Shown here: in pieces, positions 29,088 to 39,607 of the stretch
How the letters are laid out: each line of letters opens with the position of its first letter
Position numbering within the stretch: position 1 is the first letter of the stretch
Source: Spirochaetota bacterium
Lineage (GTDB): Bacteria; Spirochaetota; UBA4802; UBA5550
Direction: 5' to 3'
NCBI GenBank assembly: GCA_963664815.2
Contig: CAXXHB010000003.1
Coordinates: forward strand, 3,360,001-3,424,000
Length of the DNA: 64,000 nt
Translations under genes and position numbers: made by a program
The notes under the pieces: generated by a model
Seen by the model: the letters and a program-made list of their open reading frames with translations, nothing else
Database searches by the model: none
Told to the model about the DNA's origin: nothing

Positions 29088-29220
29088 GTATAAAACATAT
29101 ACTCTCTTTTAAATTGGTTTATGTTTTTGTCTGTCTGTCATATATTCATTGACAGAATAGATCAATATTTATTACTCTATGTTCAGTCTGCACAAATAAT
29201 CTTAAATCAAAGAGACCATT

Positions 29221-29412
29221 ATGATGACACCAAACAGCCTTCCTCAGAATTTTAACCATGTTATTGAACTTGACCGCAAACTGCGCAAGGATATAACAGA
29301 ATACTACTTTTCACTTATCAAGCTGAATGATCCTGCCAAGGCGATTGAACTGCTTGCCGGTCATGTGGCTATTATGGTAGAGATGATTAATGACCTGAAA
29401 AAAGGGAAATAG
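29221..29412 (+). CDS. Small hypothetical protein
   Basis: 63-aa ORF with upstream TTGACA (29149) inside a TCTGTCA/TGACAGA inverted repeat. Confidence 0.5.
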   Translation: MMTPNSLPQNFNHVIELDRKLRKDITEYYFSLIKLNDPAKAIELLAGHVAIMVEMINDLKKGK

Positions 29413-29442
29413 ATTCCGGAAAGCACATACGAGTAAATGACT

Positions 29443-32067
29443 TCATTCTCTGCCGAACGGAATATAAATCGTGAATACAGCACCCTCACCCGGCGTCGAA
29501 TTAACTGAAATTTTACCTCTATGCTGAACAATTATGGAATGGCAAATTGCCAGGCCAAGCCCCTGCCCCTTTTGTTTACCTGTCTGTTTTGTGCTGAAAT
29601 ATGGATCAAATATTTTATCTATTATTGATTCAGGAATACCGGATCCGTTGTCCTTTACTGAAATCGCCATGTATCTGCCCGGTTCAAGCTCAAACATGTT
29701 CCCGTCATCCAGTTTAATCTCAGATGTAACTATATCGATGACTCCTTCCTCGCGCATCGCTTCTTTTGCGTTCTCAACAAGATTAATTACAACCTGCCTT
29801 ATCTGCCTTGCATCAATCATTACAGATGTATCCTGGCTTTCATTTGAATAATGTATTTCAATCCTTTCTCCCCATTTGCCTGATTCAATTGCTTCATTGA
29901 CAACATCAGCAATATTCTCCCGCTGAAGTACCGGCGCACCACCCTGTGCAAATGTAATGAGGCGAGTTGTAAGCTCTGTTGCCGCAAAACATGATTTTTC
30001 AGCATGCTCAAGCCAGTACAGACACTTTTCATTATGTACCCCGGCATACCTCATCACAGACAGCGATCCGGATATTTCCATCAGAAGATTATTGAAATCA
30101 TGAGCTATGCCTGAAGCAAGTATGCCTACCGACTCAAGCTTCTGTATTTTAAACATCTCATCCCTGAATATTTTCTGTTCAGTTATATCTTCATATGTGC
30201 CAAGCAGCCCGATAATTTCCCCGTCATTGCCTGTAAGAGGCACTTTCGATTTCCTAAATATTATTACCCTGCCTGTACTGTAATGCACCTCTTCTTCATA
30301 ATTCAGTTTCGGATATCCCGAGTCGAGAACCTCACGATCTGTTTTATTATACATTTCTGCAAGATTACTATCAAACATCTCAACATCCTTTTTCCCTACA
30401 ACCTGTTCCGGGAATTCAACACCTATTAGTTTTGCACATGCATTATTGCACCCGATATAAGTCAGATCCATGTCCTTCCAGAATACCCCGACCGGAATTG
30501 TATCCAGCACAATCTGAAGCATTTTTCTGGATCTTATAATATCACTCTCTATCTTTTTCAGCTGTGTAACATCCGTTGCAGTACCTATTATGCGGGTAGC
30601 TCTGCCTTCGGGAAGCCTTTCCACTGTCTTCCCACGGGAAAGAACCCATCTGTATGTACCATCATTTACAATAACGCGATGCAGGCACTCATAAACAGGA
30701 ATTATCCCCTTCAGATGCGCAGTCATAACCTTGACAACATTCTGTATATCTTCCGGGTGGATATCCTTTATCCGCTCACCGAGATCGTCCAGTGTCTCCT
30801 CATTATTCAGCCACAGGGGATCATTCCATTTACGCGATGTGAAAATTTTATTGCTCTGAAGGTTCCAGTCCCATACAATCTGCCCTGATACATCAAGATA
30901 AAATTTCCATTTCGCCTCACTTTCAGCCAGCTCACCGGTTCTCTTAATGACATTTTTTTTAAGTCTCCTGCCGTTATAAATGAGGACGATTATCACATAG
31001 AACAGAGACAGGATAAACAGCCCGGCAGCAATTACCGGCCTTTTATACTCTTCAAAAAAAGAGGGGGGTCTGTTAATAACCAGACTACCCTCGGGAAGCA
31101 CAGATAACGGTATGTTGAATCTTACAAGTTCATTATAGTCAAAACAATATATGTTGGGACTTTTGTTTACATTACGTATTTCCCTCAATGGTTTTCCCCG
31201 GAAATAGTTCATCACCAGAAGTGCAGCCTCTCTCCCCTGTTCACTATGACGGATGAGCTTGCCTCCGAAAACGCCATTTCCCATACCATGTTCCCACAAG
31301 TGGAATACCGGGACATGACTGTTATGATATATCTCAGAGAACTCATCGTGGAAAAGTCTCGTTGAGCCGGTACAGTCGGTATAAGCGGAAAGCAGCAGAA
31401 TTGTATAATTATTCTCAAGTTCCCGTAACCTCAAATTCAGCTGGCTAAAGGTAAGATTCTGAATTGTGAGTATATCAGTGTCAAATGGAAAGTTTTTAAC
31501 AACTGTGATAAAGTTTTTCAGATCAGCCAGTCCGGAGATTGTCCCGTCAGCAATAACAGCTATTTTTTTTCTTTCCGGAAATATATCCCTTATAAGCTGA
31601 AGAGTCTCTTTCATTGATACCTCTTCAACTATCCCTCTTATTTCTGTTCTTTGTTCAATCTTTTCAGCCATGGCAAGATCATTTACACCGCAAAAAAACA
31701 GAGGTATATTCTTAAAAAGAGCTGAACTTTGAGCAACTGCATACCGGAAGGCAGCATCATCTGCAACTATAACCGCATTATATTCCGTAAAATGTGCTAA
31801 TTTATAAGTCAGCAGATTATGAAAATAACGGATATTTTCCCTTTCGGGAAACCGCTTCGTGTCCATAAATTCTATATCCAGAAGAACATCCTCTTTGTCA
31901 AAAACCGACTTTATCCCATCCACCTGCTGATTAAATGTGGGGAAAGAGGGATTATAAGAGCTTATATACAGGACATGCTTACCGCCATGTGAGGCGGAAA
32001 GCATATATGTTATAATCAGCACAAAAAAAATTATTAATACAAATACTCTTTTCACCACATAATCCAT
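29443..32067 (-). CDS. Sensor histidine kinase (periplasmic ABC-substrate-binding-like domain, TM, 2 PAS, HisKA, HATPase)
   Basis: GIAHDFNNLL H-box, NLVENAKEAM, DNGSGI, FDPYFSTK, GLGLAI; PAS/PAC motifs. Confidence 0.93.
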   Translation of the reverse strand: MDYVVKRVFVLIIFFVLIITYMLSASHGGKHVLYISSYNPSFPTFNQQVDGIKSVFDKEDVLLDIEFMDTKRFPERENIRYFHNLLTYKLAHFTEYNAVIVADDAAFRYAVAQSSALFKNIPLFFCGVNDLAMAEKIEQRTEIRGIVEEVSMKETLQLIRDIFPERKKIAVIADGTISGLADLKNFITVVKNFPFDTDILTIQNLTFSQLNLRLRELENNYTILLLSAYTDCTGSTRLFHDEFSEIYHNSHVPVFHLWEHGMGNGVFGGKLIRHSEQGREAALLVMNYFRGKPLREIRNVNKSPNIYCFDYNELVRFNIPLSVLPEGSLVINRPPSFFEEYKRPVIAAGLFILSLFYVIIVLIYNGRRLKKNVIKRTGELAESEAKWKFYLDVSGQIVWDWNLQSNKIFTSRKWNDPLWLNNEETLDDLGERIKDIHPEDIQNVVKVMTAHLKGIIPVYECLHRVIVNDGTYRWVLSRGKTVERLPEGRATRIIGTATDVTQLKKIESDIIRSRKMLQIVLDTIPVGVFWKDMDLTYIGCNNACAKLIGVEFPEQVVGKKDVEMFDSNLAEMYNKTDREVLDSGYPKLNYEEEVHYSTGRVIIFRKSKVPLTGNDGEIIGLLGTYEDITEQKIFRDEMFKIQKLESVGILASGIAHDFNNLLMEISGSLSVMRYAGVHNEKCLYWLEHAEKSCFAATELTTRLITFAQGGAPVLQRENIADVVNEAIESGKWGERIEIHYSNESQDTSVMIDARQIRQVVINLVENAKEAMREEGVIDIVTSEIKLDDGNMFELEPGRYMAISVKDNGSGIPESIIDKIFDPYFSTKQTGKQKGQGLGLAICHSIIVQHRGKISVNSTPGEGAVFTIYIPFGRE

Positions 32068-32259
32068 CTGGAATTATTTTATCGGTTTCCCCTTTTACCC
32101 TATAACTCTTAGAAATATACATATAAAACTGACTGCCATTGGAAATAAGGGAAAATAAATAATCGATTCTATTGTCTAATATAAGATTTACTGTTTTAAA
32201 ATCCAATAAATATTCACTCTTTTTATCTCTGCCGCTGTTAAAAAAATTTCAGACTAAAC

Positions 32260-32286
32260 GTAACACTTTATCTCCATTCCGGTGTT
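32260..32286 (+). promoter_or_regulatory. Possible ECF promoter upstream of beta-barrel gene
   Basis: GTAAC-N17-GTGTT ~30 nt before ATG; single copy only. Confidence 0.3.
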
Positions 32287-32316
32287 TAACTTTTATAACA
32301 CAACGGAGGAAACATA

Positions 32317-32973
32317 ATGAAAGCTAAAACAATTCTTGCGACAATTGCAGCGCTCTTTCTGGTCACAGGTGCAATGGCGGAAGATACAAAAACCGAAGCA
32401 AAGGCAGAAAAAAAAGACAATCCCCCTAAAACTCTTTTAGACTCAAAGAATGCATCTTTCTCCGGTTACGGGGGTGTCTATACAAAGTATGCGAAAATCG
32501 GAGATGCAAACAGTTGTCTTGTTGGCGGAAGAGGTGGTCTTATCATAAATGACACAGTTGTCCTGGGACTTGCCGGCATGGGTCTTACATATCCCACAGA
32601 CAGGGAGAAGATTTCCGGGAGTGATTACAACGGTCTGTTTAATAAGATCGGATTCGGATACGGAGGTTTTCTCATGGAGTATTATCTGAATCCGAAAGAT
32701 TTAATAGTATTTTCCGCAGGAACACTTATTGGCGCCGGAGGTCTTTCGTTTTACAAACATTCCGATGATGACAACTCAGGTAAGGACAACAACAGCGACA
32801 CATTTTTTGTGCTTGAGCCTGAAGTAAATGTATTTGTCAACGTCACGCGTTTCTGCCGTATCGGTATAGGAGCCTCATACAGATATATTTCAGGTATAAA
32901 TACTGGTGAATTCGATGACAAAGATTTCCGTGGACCTTCTGCTTCGATAATGGCACAATTCGGATGGTTCTGA
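32317..32973 (+). CDS. Outer-membrane beta-barrel protein, paralogue of the caspase C-terminal domain
   Basis: Signal peptide; terminal Phe (QFGWF); GLTYPTDREK shared with 34490-36130. Confidence 0.8.
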   Translation: MKAKTILATIAALFLVTGAMAEDTKTEAKAEKKDNPPKTLLDSKNASFSGYGGVYTKYAKIGDANSCLVGGRGGLIINDTVVLGLAGMGLTYPTDREKISGSDYNGLFNKIGFGYGGFLMEYYLNPKDLIVFSAGTLIGAGGLSFYKHSDDDNSGKDNNSDTFFVLEPEVNVFVNVTRFCRIGIGASYRYISGINTGEFDDKDFRGPSASIMAQFGWF

Positions 32974-33045
32974 GAATTACTGAAAATTTAATAATTGTAT
33001 TTTACAGATGCATATTTCAGAATATTATTGTTAAATTAAAAATAT

Positions 33046-33083
33046 TTTTACACTCCATTACCTGCCTGTAATGGAGTGTAAAA
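33046..33083. terminator. 16-bp hairpin between barrel gene and sigma gene
   Basis: TTTTACACTCCATTAC-CTGCCT-GTAATGGAGTGTAAAA. Confidence 0.6.
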
Positions 33084-33096
33084 TCAGGAATTTTTT

Positions 33097-33588
33097 ATGA
33101 ATATAAACGTGGAAGAGTTGTATAAAAAATATGGTCCGATGGTACTGCGGCGATGCAGGTTTCTGCTCAAGGATGAGGAGAAATCACTTGATGCCATGCA
33201 GGATGTTTTTGTAAACCTTATTTTAAACTCTGAAAAAATTGAGGATACTTATCCGTCTAGTCTTCTTTACAGGATAGCCACGAATATCTGCCTGAATATT
33301 ATAAGAAGCGAAAAGAGACACCCGGTGACAACTGATGATGAATTATTTAACTATATTGCAGATTACAGGGATCCGTCAGAGGAGATTGCGGCGAATGACC
33401 TTCTTGATTTAATATTTAACGGTGAGAAACCGACTACAAGGGAAATTGCAATTATGCTTTATATTGACCGAATGACACTAGAACAGACAGCCTTTCAATC
33501 CGGGCTATCTGTTTCAGGTGTAAGAAAACGGATGAGAGTCCTTAAAGAAAAAGTTTCATTTTTGAAGGAGGAGATTTATGAAAATTAA
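33097..33588 (+). CDS. ECF RNA polymerase sigma factor
   Basis: LYKKYGPMVLRRC, DAMQDVF, LYRIATNICLN, region 4 MTLEQTA..GLSVSGVRKR. Confidence 0.92.
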   Translation: MNINVEELYKKYGPMVLRRCRFLLKDEEKSLDAMQDVFVNLILNSEKIEDTYPSSLLYRIATNICLNIIRSEKRHPVTTDDELFNYIADYRDPSEEIAANDLLDLIFNGEKPTTREIAIMLYIDRMTLEQTAFQSGLSVSGVRKRMRVLKEKVSFLKEEIYEN

Positions 33589-34474
33589 TCAGATACCGGA
33601 ATTATACCTGGAACAATATCTCCTCGGGGAACTGCCGGAAAATCTCAGCAAAGAGCTTGATGAACTTATACTGAAGAATCCCCTGCTGAAAAAGCGGATC
33701 AGCGAACTGAAAAAATCCAATGAAGACATTCTGTCAGCCTATACGGTTGAATCAATGATGCCATTAATATCTGAAAAATCCGGACTCAGGCGTACAACAC
33801 AATCAGATACCGGTAATGAATTCAAACGGCAGAGTGACGGGAATAAATCATCACACGGAATTGCAGCTGCTTTCACCGGATCAGTAAAAAAGATTGCTGA
33901 CGTAATAAGTTTAATATCATCCAGGCGCTACGCCCTGTCAATAGCCTCCGCAGCAGCCCTGCTTATTATAATTGTTTTTATGACCCCCGGGATAAAGAAT
34001 ACATTCAACACCGGTGCAGTCATTGATAATGATGTAAGAATAAAAGGACTTGATTCAAAACTTCTTCTTTATCGCGTTAAGGGAAAAAATATTGAAGAAC
34101 TGAAAAATTTTGATACTGCCTGCAAAGGGGATGTTATACAGCTGGGATATATCGCCACAGGGGATTACAGGTTTGGAATAATCATTTCTATTGACGGCCG
34201 CGGGGTTGTTACAAGACATCTCCCTGACGACATGAAAACCGGCGCTCAGCTTGTTAAAAACAAAAGAACACTCCTTAACAGATCCTATGAGCTTGACGAT
34301 TCCCCTTCGTTTGAAAAATTCATCATGATACTTTCAACTGATCCGATAAATATATCCGAAGTGACAGAAAAAGCAAAAAAACTTGCAATAAACAGTACAA
34401 ATGCAGTAAATGGACTTATTGAATCAGGAAAAAATTCCGTTGAATATTCAATTATAATAAAGAAAACGGAATAA
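33578..34474 (+). CDS. Membrane-anchored anti-sigma-like protein
   Basis: LEQYLLGEL anti-sigma-type N-terminus, single TM (ALSIASAAALLIIIVF), periplasmic domain with ISIDGRGVVT and SYELDD. Confidence 0.75.
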   Translation: MKINQIPELYLEQYLLGELPENLSKELDELILKNPLLKKRISELKKSNEDILSAYTVESMMPLISEKSGLRRTTQSDTGNEFKRQSDGNKSSHGIAAAFTGSVKKIADVISLISSRRYALSIASAAALLIIIVFMTPGIKNTFNTGAVIDNDVRIKGLDSKLLLYRVKGKNIEELKNFDTACKGDVIQLGYIATGDYRFGIIISIDGRGVVTRHLPDDMKTGAQLVKNKRTLLNRSYELDDSPSFEKFIMILSTDPINISEVTEKAKKLAINSTNAVNGLIESGKNSVEYSIIIKKTE

Positions 34475-34489
34475 CGGAGATCAGGCAAA

Positions 34490-36130
34490 ATGTCAAAGAT
34501 AAACCGCATAGCATTCACACTGCTTTTTTTCGCAATAATGCCCTGCATGATAAAACCGGCTGAAGCAAAAAATATCCGCAGATTCGCCGTCATAGTCGGG
34601 GCAAATAACGGAGGACCTGACAGAGTCAGGTTACGTTATGCGGTTTCAGATGCGGATACCATGATGAACGTATTGAAAAGCATAGGGGGGGTTTCAGACA
34701 GCGACGGGCTGCTGCTGATTGATCCGGACAGACGTAATTTCATATCCGCCATGAGCAGGATAAAAAGTGAGATAAGCGAATTAAGACAGAAGAGCGAACG
34801 GATTGAATTTATATTTTATTATTCAGGGCACTCGGATGATGAGGCCATACTGCTTGGCAGGGAAAAGATTTATTACAAGGAACTGAAAGACGGGATAAGA
34901 GGAATTCCCGCCGATGTCCGCATTGCCATACTTGACTCCTGTTCATCAGGGGCTTTTACACGTATTAAAGGGGGAACATTCAAACCGCCCTTCATTCTTG
35001 ACTCTTCATTCAACATGAAGGGTGACGCCTTTATGACATCGAGTTCGTCCAATGAAGCTTCACAGGAATCAGACATGATTAAGGGTTCCTTTTTCACCTA
35101 TTATCTTGTAACTGGATTACGCGGCGCCGCTGATATGATACAGGATGGCCGTATAACATTAAATGAAGCTTACCAGTACGCATACAACGAAACACTCACA
35201 AGAACAGAAAAAACAATGGGAGGGGCGCAGCACCCCAACTATGATATACAGATGACAGGGACAGGGGATGTGGTCATAACAGACTTTAAACGCAATACAT
35301 CCGCTGTTCTGCTTGAAAAGAATATTGTCGGAAAGGTTTTCATACGTAACAGCGACAATATACTTATTGCCGAACTTCAGAAATCCTACGGAAGAGAGAT
35401 GGAAGTTGCGCTACCAGAAGGGAAGTACATCGTATTAAACCAGTCTGAAAACGGTCTCTTTGAAAGCAAAATTAATCTTGCAACAGGCGCCCAGTTCCTG
35501 CTTTCCCAGAATAATATGAATAAACAGGGATCCGAAGAAACCGTAACCCGCGGTAAAGCCAAACCTGAGGAAAAGCAGAAAAAGCAGGTTATACTCAACC
35601 CCGATAAAATTGAACATGGAGGCTACCTTGCTGTTGTGGATCAGCTTTCAAGAATCAACGGAAATTTTGCCAATCTGACCGGCGGAAAAATAACCTGGAT
35701 TATAAATCACTCACTATCACTCGGAGCAGAAGGTTACGGTCTTACCTACCCCACTGATCGTGAAAAATTTACAGGAAAGACTTATGACGGGACGGATAAA
35801 CGGATTAACTTCGGTTTTGGAGGGGGTGTCATAGAATACTTTTTCTGGCCGGATAGTATTATTACGCTCTCCCCCGGTATTATGGCGGGGGGAGGAGGTG
35901 TTGAATGGTATAATCCTGAAATAGAAACCGGGGATGAAAATAAATCTGCAACAGACTCTTTTTTTGTTTTAATGCCTGAATTAAACGTATATCTTAATGT
36001 TACAGAATATATAAGAATCGGTGCAGGTGTTTCATACAGATATGTTAAAGGAATTGACCAGGTTGAGTTTTCAGACAAAGATGTTAATGGATTCTCATTT
36101 TCATTGATAGTAGCGGCAGGATTCTTTTAA
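34490..36130 (+). CDS. Exported caspase-family (C14-like) protease fused to C-terminal beta-barrel
   Basis: Signal peptide; RFAVIVGAN, LRYAVSDA, FYYSGHS (His), ILDSCSSG (Cys), GLRGAAD..DGRITLNEAYQY; ends AAGFF. Confidence 0.9.
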   Translation: MSKINRIAFTLLFFAIMPCMIKPAEAKNIRRFAVIVGANNGGPDRVRLRYAVSDADTMMNVLKSIGGVSDSDGLLLIDPDRRNFISAMSRIKSEISELRQKSERIEFIFYYSGHSDDEAILLGREKIYYKELKDGIRGIPADVRIAILDSCSSGAFTRIKGGTFKPPFILDSSFNMKGDAFMTSSSSNEASQESDMIKGSFFTYYLVTGLRGAADMIQDGRITLNEAYQYAYNETLTRTEKTMGGAQHPNYDIQMTGTGDVVITDFKRNTSAVLLEKNIVGKVFIRNSDNILIAELQKSYGREMEVALPEGKYIVLNQSENGLFESKINLATGAQFLLSQNNMNKQGSEETVTRGKAKPEEKQKKQVILNPDKIEHGGYLAVVDQLSRINGNFANLTGGKITWIINHSLSLGAEGYGLTYPTDREKFTGKTYDGTDKRINFGFGGGVIEYFFWPDSIITLSPGIMAGGGGVEWYNPEIETGDENKSATDSFFVLMPELNVYLNVTEYIRIGAGVSYRYVKGIDQVEFSDKDVNGFSFSLIVAAGFF

Positions 36131-36246
36131 TTCTGCCGGGATACCAAAGACTGCGATGCTGAATATTAACCGGTTAATTTATGGATAAGCTGGGATATCT
36201 TTCGTGTTATCCTTACGATATAACAACTCTTCGCGCTTACTGTTTT

Positions 36247-36891
36247 CTATTTTAAACTCTCTATCACATCAAGAAATGTATTTATCGGGTGAGCCCCGAG
36301 CAGTTCATACTTTTCATTGATGATGATTTTCGGAACACCTGTCACATTATACTTCTGTGCAAGGGGAACAAAATTGTTGGAATCTATCATATCCCCCTTT
36401 ATTCTGCTGTTCTCCATAGCAAGCCTGTGTGCAGCCGAAACAGCTGCCGGACAATGCGGACAGCCGAGTCCAACAAAAACCTGAATATGCACGTCCTTGT
36501 CAATTTTCTTTATGCGGGAAAGAACATCAGGCGGAAGTTCTTCTTTTTTTCCTGACATTTCAAGTATTGACCCAAGAAAAGAGTTTATCTCGTAACCACC
36601 TGGAAGCCCGTAAAACTTTACGCCATGGTCAGCATCGTTTTTATCAAGTAAAACTATGGCGGGAATTCTCTCCACGCCATATTTTTCAGCCATTTCCTTA
36701 TCAGTTACAAAATTTAACACCTTGACTGAGAGTTTATCGCTCAGCGACGCAATCTCCTCGGCAAAATACCGCGTCTCCCTGCACATGGGGCACTCAATCT
36801 CCTGAGTGAAATTTATTATTTTCACCTCATCGTTCATATTTTTAAGTATTTCCTTAAGCTGATTCTGAACTTTTATATCAAACAGTGCCAT
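36247..36891 (-). CDS. Protein disulfide oxidoreductase (two thioredoxin folds)
   Basis: CPMC and CPHC motifs, GLPGGYE, VTGVPK. Confidence 0.9.
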   Translation of the reverse strand: MALFDIKVQNQLKEILKNMNDEVKIINFTQEIECPMCRETRYFAEEIASLSDKLSVKVLNFVTDKEMAEKYGVERIPAIVLLDKNDADHGVKFYGLPGGYEINSFLGSILEMSGKKEELPPDVLSRIKKIDKDVHIQVFVGLGCPHCPAAVSAAHRLAMENSRIKGDMIDSNNFVPLAQKYNVTGVPKIIINEKYELLGAHPINTFLDVIESLK

Positions 36892-36912
36892 AGTCTCACC
36901 TCTTTAATCTGA

Positions 36913-37893
36913 TTAATTTCTCTTTAAAATATATTCACATGCGGAAAGTGCAGCTTTCGCCCCTTCACCCCCTGCAATAATTATCTGCTTAAACGGTACA
37001 GATGTAACGTCACCTGCCGCAAAAATCCCCTCACGGTTAGTAGCACACCTGCTGTCCACGATGATCTCGCACGATGAGTTCATCTCCACTACCCCGCGGG
37101 CAAACCCGCTGTTAGGATCAAGACCTATTTCAACGAATAATCCGTCGGCAGAAATTTTAGATGTTTCACCTGATTCCACATTCTCTATTATCACTTCGCG
37201 AACCTTATCCTCGCCCGTAATTTCTATCACACGGCTTTTGTAAATCATACTGACATTTTGAAAGCCTTCCAGTTTATCAAGGAGAATTTTATCTGCAGTA
37301 AGCTCTTCAAGAAGCTGAACCACTACAACCTCTTCTGCCACAGAGGCAAGATCAATTGCAGACTCTACCCCTGAATTACCACCCCCCGCTACAACAACCT
37401 TTTTACCGGCAAATAACGGAGCATCACAGGTTGTACAGTAGGCAACTCCTCTCCCGGTTAGCCGCTGCTCTCCGGGGATTCCGAGCTTCTTCCATGTTTT
37501 CCCCGAAGCAATTATCAGCGTTTTTGACTGTATTACCCTGCCGTCATCAAGAGTGACTTTTTTTACTTCACTATCCTCAATCGATAAAACACCCTGCCCC
37601 TCTTCGTATCCTATGCTGAACTGTAAAACCTGTTCCCTGAACCTGTCAACAAGATCAACACCATTTATATACTTATACCCGAGATAGTTCTCAATTGATG
37701 ATGTTTCAGCCACCTGCCCTCCGATACTCCTTATAATGATCGCTGTCTCTGCACCCTTCCTCATGCAGTAGACAGCTGCTGTCATCCCTGCCGGGCCTCC
37801 GCCAATAATCAGCACATCGTATATTTTCCCCGTGTCAATCGGTGCAAAATTCTTTTCACTGATAAAAGAAACTGTACTTAAATTAAAATCCAT
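36913..37893 (-). CDS. trxB: Thioredoxin reductase / AhpF-like flavoprotein
   Basis: IIGGGPAG, GVAYCTTCD, GGGNSG, GIFAAGD. Confidence 0.9.
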   Translation of the reverse strand: MDFNLSTVSFISEKNFAPIDTGKIYDVLIIGGGPAGMTAAVYCMRKGAETAIIIRSIGGQVAETSSIENYLGYKYINGVDLVDRFREQVLQFSIGYEEGQGVLSIEDSEVKKVTLDDGRVIQSKTLIIASGKTWKKLGIPGEQRLTGRGVAYCTTCDAPLFAGKKVVVAGGGNSGVESAIDLASVAEEVVVVQLLEELTADKILLDKLEGFQNVSMIYKSRVIEITGEDKVREVIIENVESGETSKISADGLFVEIGLDPNSGFARGVVEMNSSCEIIVDSRCATNREGIFAAGDVTSVPFKQIIIAGGEGAKAALSACEYILKRN

Positions 37894-38014
37894 AATTAAT
37901 CCGCCTTATTATTTTAATATTTAAGTAAAAGGTTAAATATAATATATAAAAGTTCGGGAGAATTTCAACAGGTGCCTGTGATTTTTTAAAAAAGATCACT
38001 CAGCGGTTTGTTTT

Positions 38015-39076
38015 TCAGTATTCAATCAGTTCGTAATCAGAACTGCCGAAACCTATCTCCTTCGCGTAATCAATCTGATAGCGGTATGGAATGTCGTGAG
38101 ACATGTCAGAAAGCTTTCTGCCGGTAAACTTTTCAACCATATCAAGCGACGCTGAATCAACTGCAACAGGATCATGAGACACAAGAATCCCTATATCTCC
38201 GCAGATATTTTCATATACAGGCATACAGTCACAATCCTTTGATATCCGTGTAAGGATGTTAATATATATCCCCTTTCCTTTATTTGAGTTATAAACTCCG
38301 AGGGCATGTTCCACAATTTTTTTCTGCAGCTCTTCGTATGTTGCGCCCCAGTTATATTTCACAGCATCAAATCTGCAGACGGCCAGACATTCACCGCATC
38401 CTATACATTTCTCACCAGTGATAACAGCAGCATCATTACCCATTGTAATAGCCTGTGCGGGGCACCATATAATACACTGTCTGCATTTTGTGCACACCCC
38501 TGGTATTATTTCCGGTTTTGCCGTTGAGTGCTGAACCATCTTCCCTTTTCTGCTTGCACACCCCATCCCCATATTCTTTATAGCTGCCCCGAAACCCGCA
38601 ATCATATGTCCTGTGAAATGGGACACACATACAAGCGCCTGTGACTTGACAATAAGAGAAGCGATCTTCACCGATTTATATAACTTCCCTTCAATCGCAA
38701 CATCAGCTTCTTCATCTCCCAGAAGACCATCTGACATTATAATAGACATACCGGTGTTTTCAAAACCAAAACCCTGCCTGTTGGCATGTTCAATATGAAT
38801 TACCGCGTTATCCCGGTTCCCCTTATAAAGGGTTGATGTTTCTGTCATAAAGGGGAGTGCTTTCTTTTCCCGGACAAGTTCACCGATACTTTTTAAAATA
38901 ACCGGCCTTGGATATCCGGACTTATTGCTCTCGCCGAAATGGGTTTTTACTGCGACCATATCTTTCTCTTCGACAAAATTGAATAATCCCTCTTTTACAG
39001 CAAGAGCTTTAAGTTTATCTGCAAGCATTTCGTCCGATGCATTATTTTCCGATTTTATAAAGTATACCTTACTCAT
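38015..39076 (-). CDS. DUF362 Fe-S protein with 2x[4Fe-4S] ferredoxin motifs
   Basis: AVKTHFGE, SHFTGH..GFGAAIKNMGMGC, CTKCRQC..CP, CIGCGEC..C, DCDC, DPVAVD. Confidence 0.88.
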   Translation of the reverse strand: MSKVYFIKSENNASDEMLADKLKALAVKEGLFNFVEEKDMVAVKTHFGESNKSGYPRPVILKSIGELVREKKALPFMTETSTLYKGNRDNAVIHIEHANRQGFGFENTGMSIIMSDGLLGDEEADVAIEGKLYKSVKIASLIVKSQALVCVSHFTGHMIAGFGAAIKNMGMGCASRKGKMVQHSTAKPEIIPGVCTKCRQCIIWCPAQAITMGNDAAVITGEKCIGCGECLAVCRFDAVKYNWGATYEELQKKIVEHALGVYNSNKGKGIYINILTRISKDCDCMPVYENICGDIGILVSHDPVAVDSASLDMVEKFTGRKLSDMSHDIPYRYQIDYAKEIGFGSSDYELIEY

Positions 39077-39181
39077 ATGTAAACTCCCTGGTATTTTATT
39101 ATTATTTTTACAGTCTTTGTTTAAAGCTGTTCCTGATATATCACTTACCTCAACATGAGGTAAATAAATTATATTGCAGCG

Positions 39182-39607
39182 CTACATTATTTCCCAGAAA
39201 AAATCGACCCACTGTTCTTTATCAACAAGAGATGCATAAATGACTTTTGCATCTTTAACCTTGGACACAAGACATATTGTATCAAAATCAACTTTCGGAT
39301 ACATTGAATGAATCTCTTTTATTGTATTTCCGCTGTCATAAATATCATCACACAAAAGGAACTTCCCCTCAATGAGATCAGGTTTAATCCCTATCTGAAA
39401 TCTCCTCTGCTCCTTCCCTGCATACGATGATATTTCAATATATGAAATCGGGAGGTTCAGGTGAACGCTCATGAAATAAGACAGAAAAAACCCCCCTCTC
39501 AAAGGGCAGAGTATGGCTTTATACTCCTCCCTGTTGGATTTAATCCTATCAAGAAGAATGTAGCTCAGTTCCAGATATTTCTCGTAGGTTACATTATAAT
39601 GGCTCAT
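39182..39607 (-). CDS. Phosphoribosyltransferase (purine PRT-like)
   Basis: LRGG, LLCDDIYDSGNT, WVDFFWE. Confidence 0.85.
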   Translation of the reverse strand: MSHYNVTYEKYLELSYILLDRIKSNREEYKAILCPLRGGFFLSYFMSVHLNLPISYIEISSYAGKEQRRFQIGIKPDLIEGKFLLCDDIYDSGNTIKEIHSMYPKVDFDTICLVSKVKDAKVIYASLVDKEQWVDFFWEIM

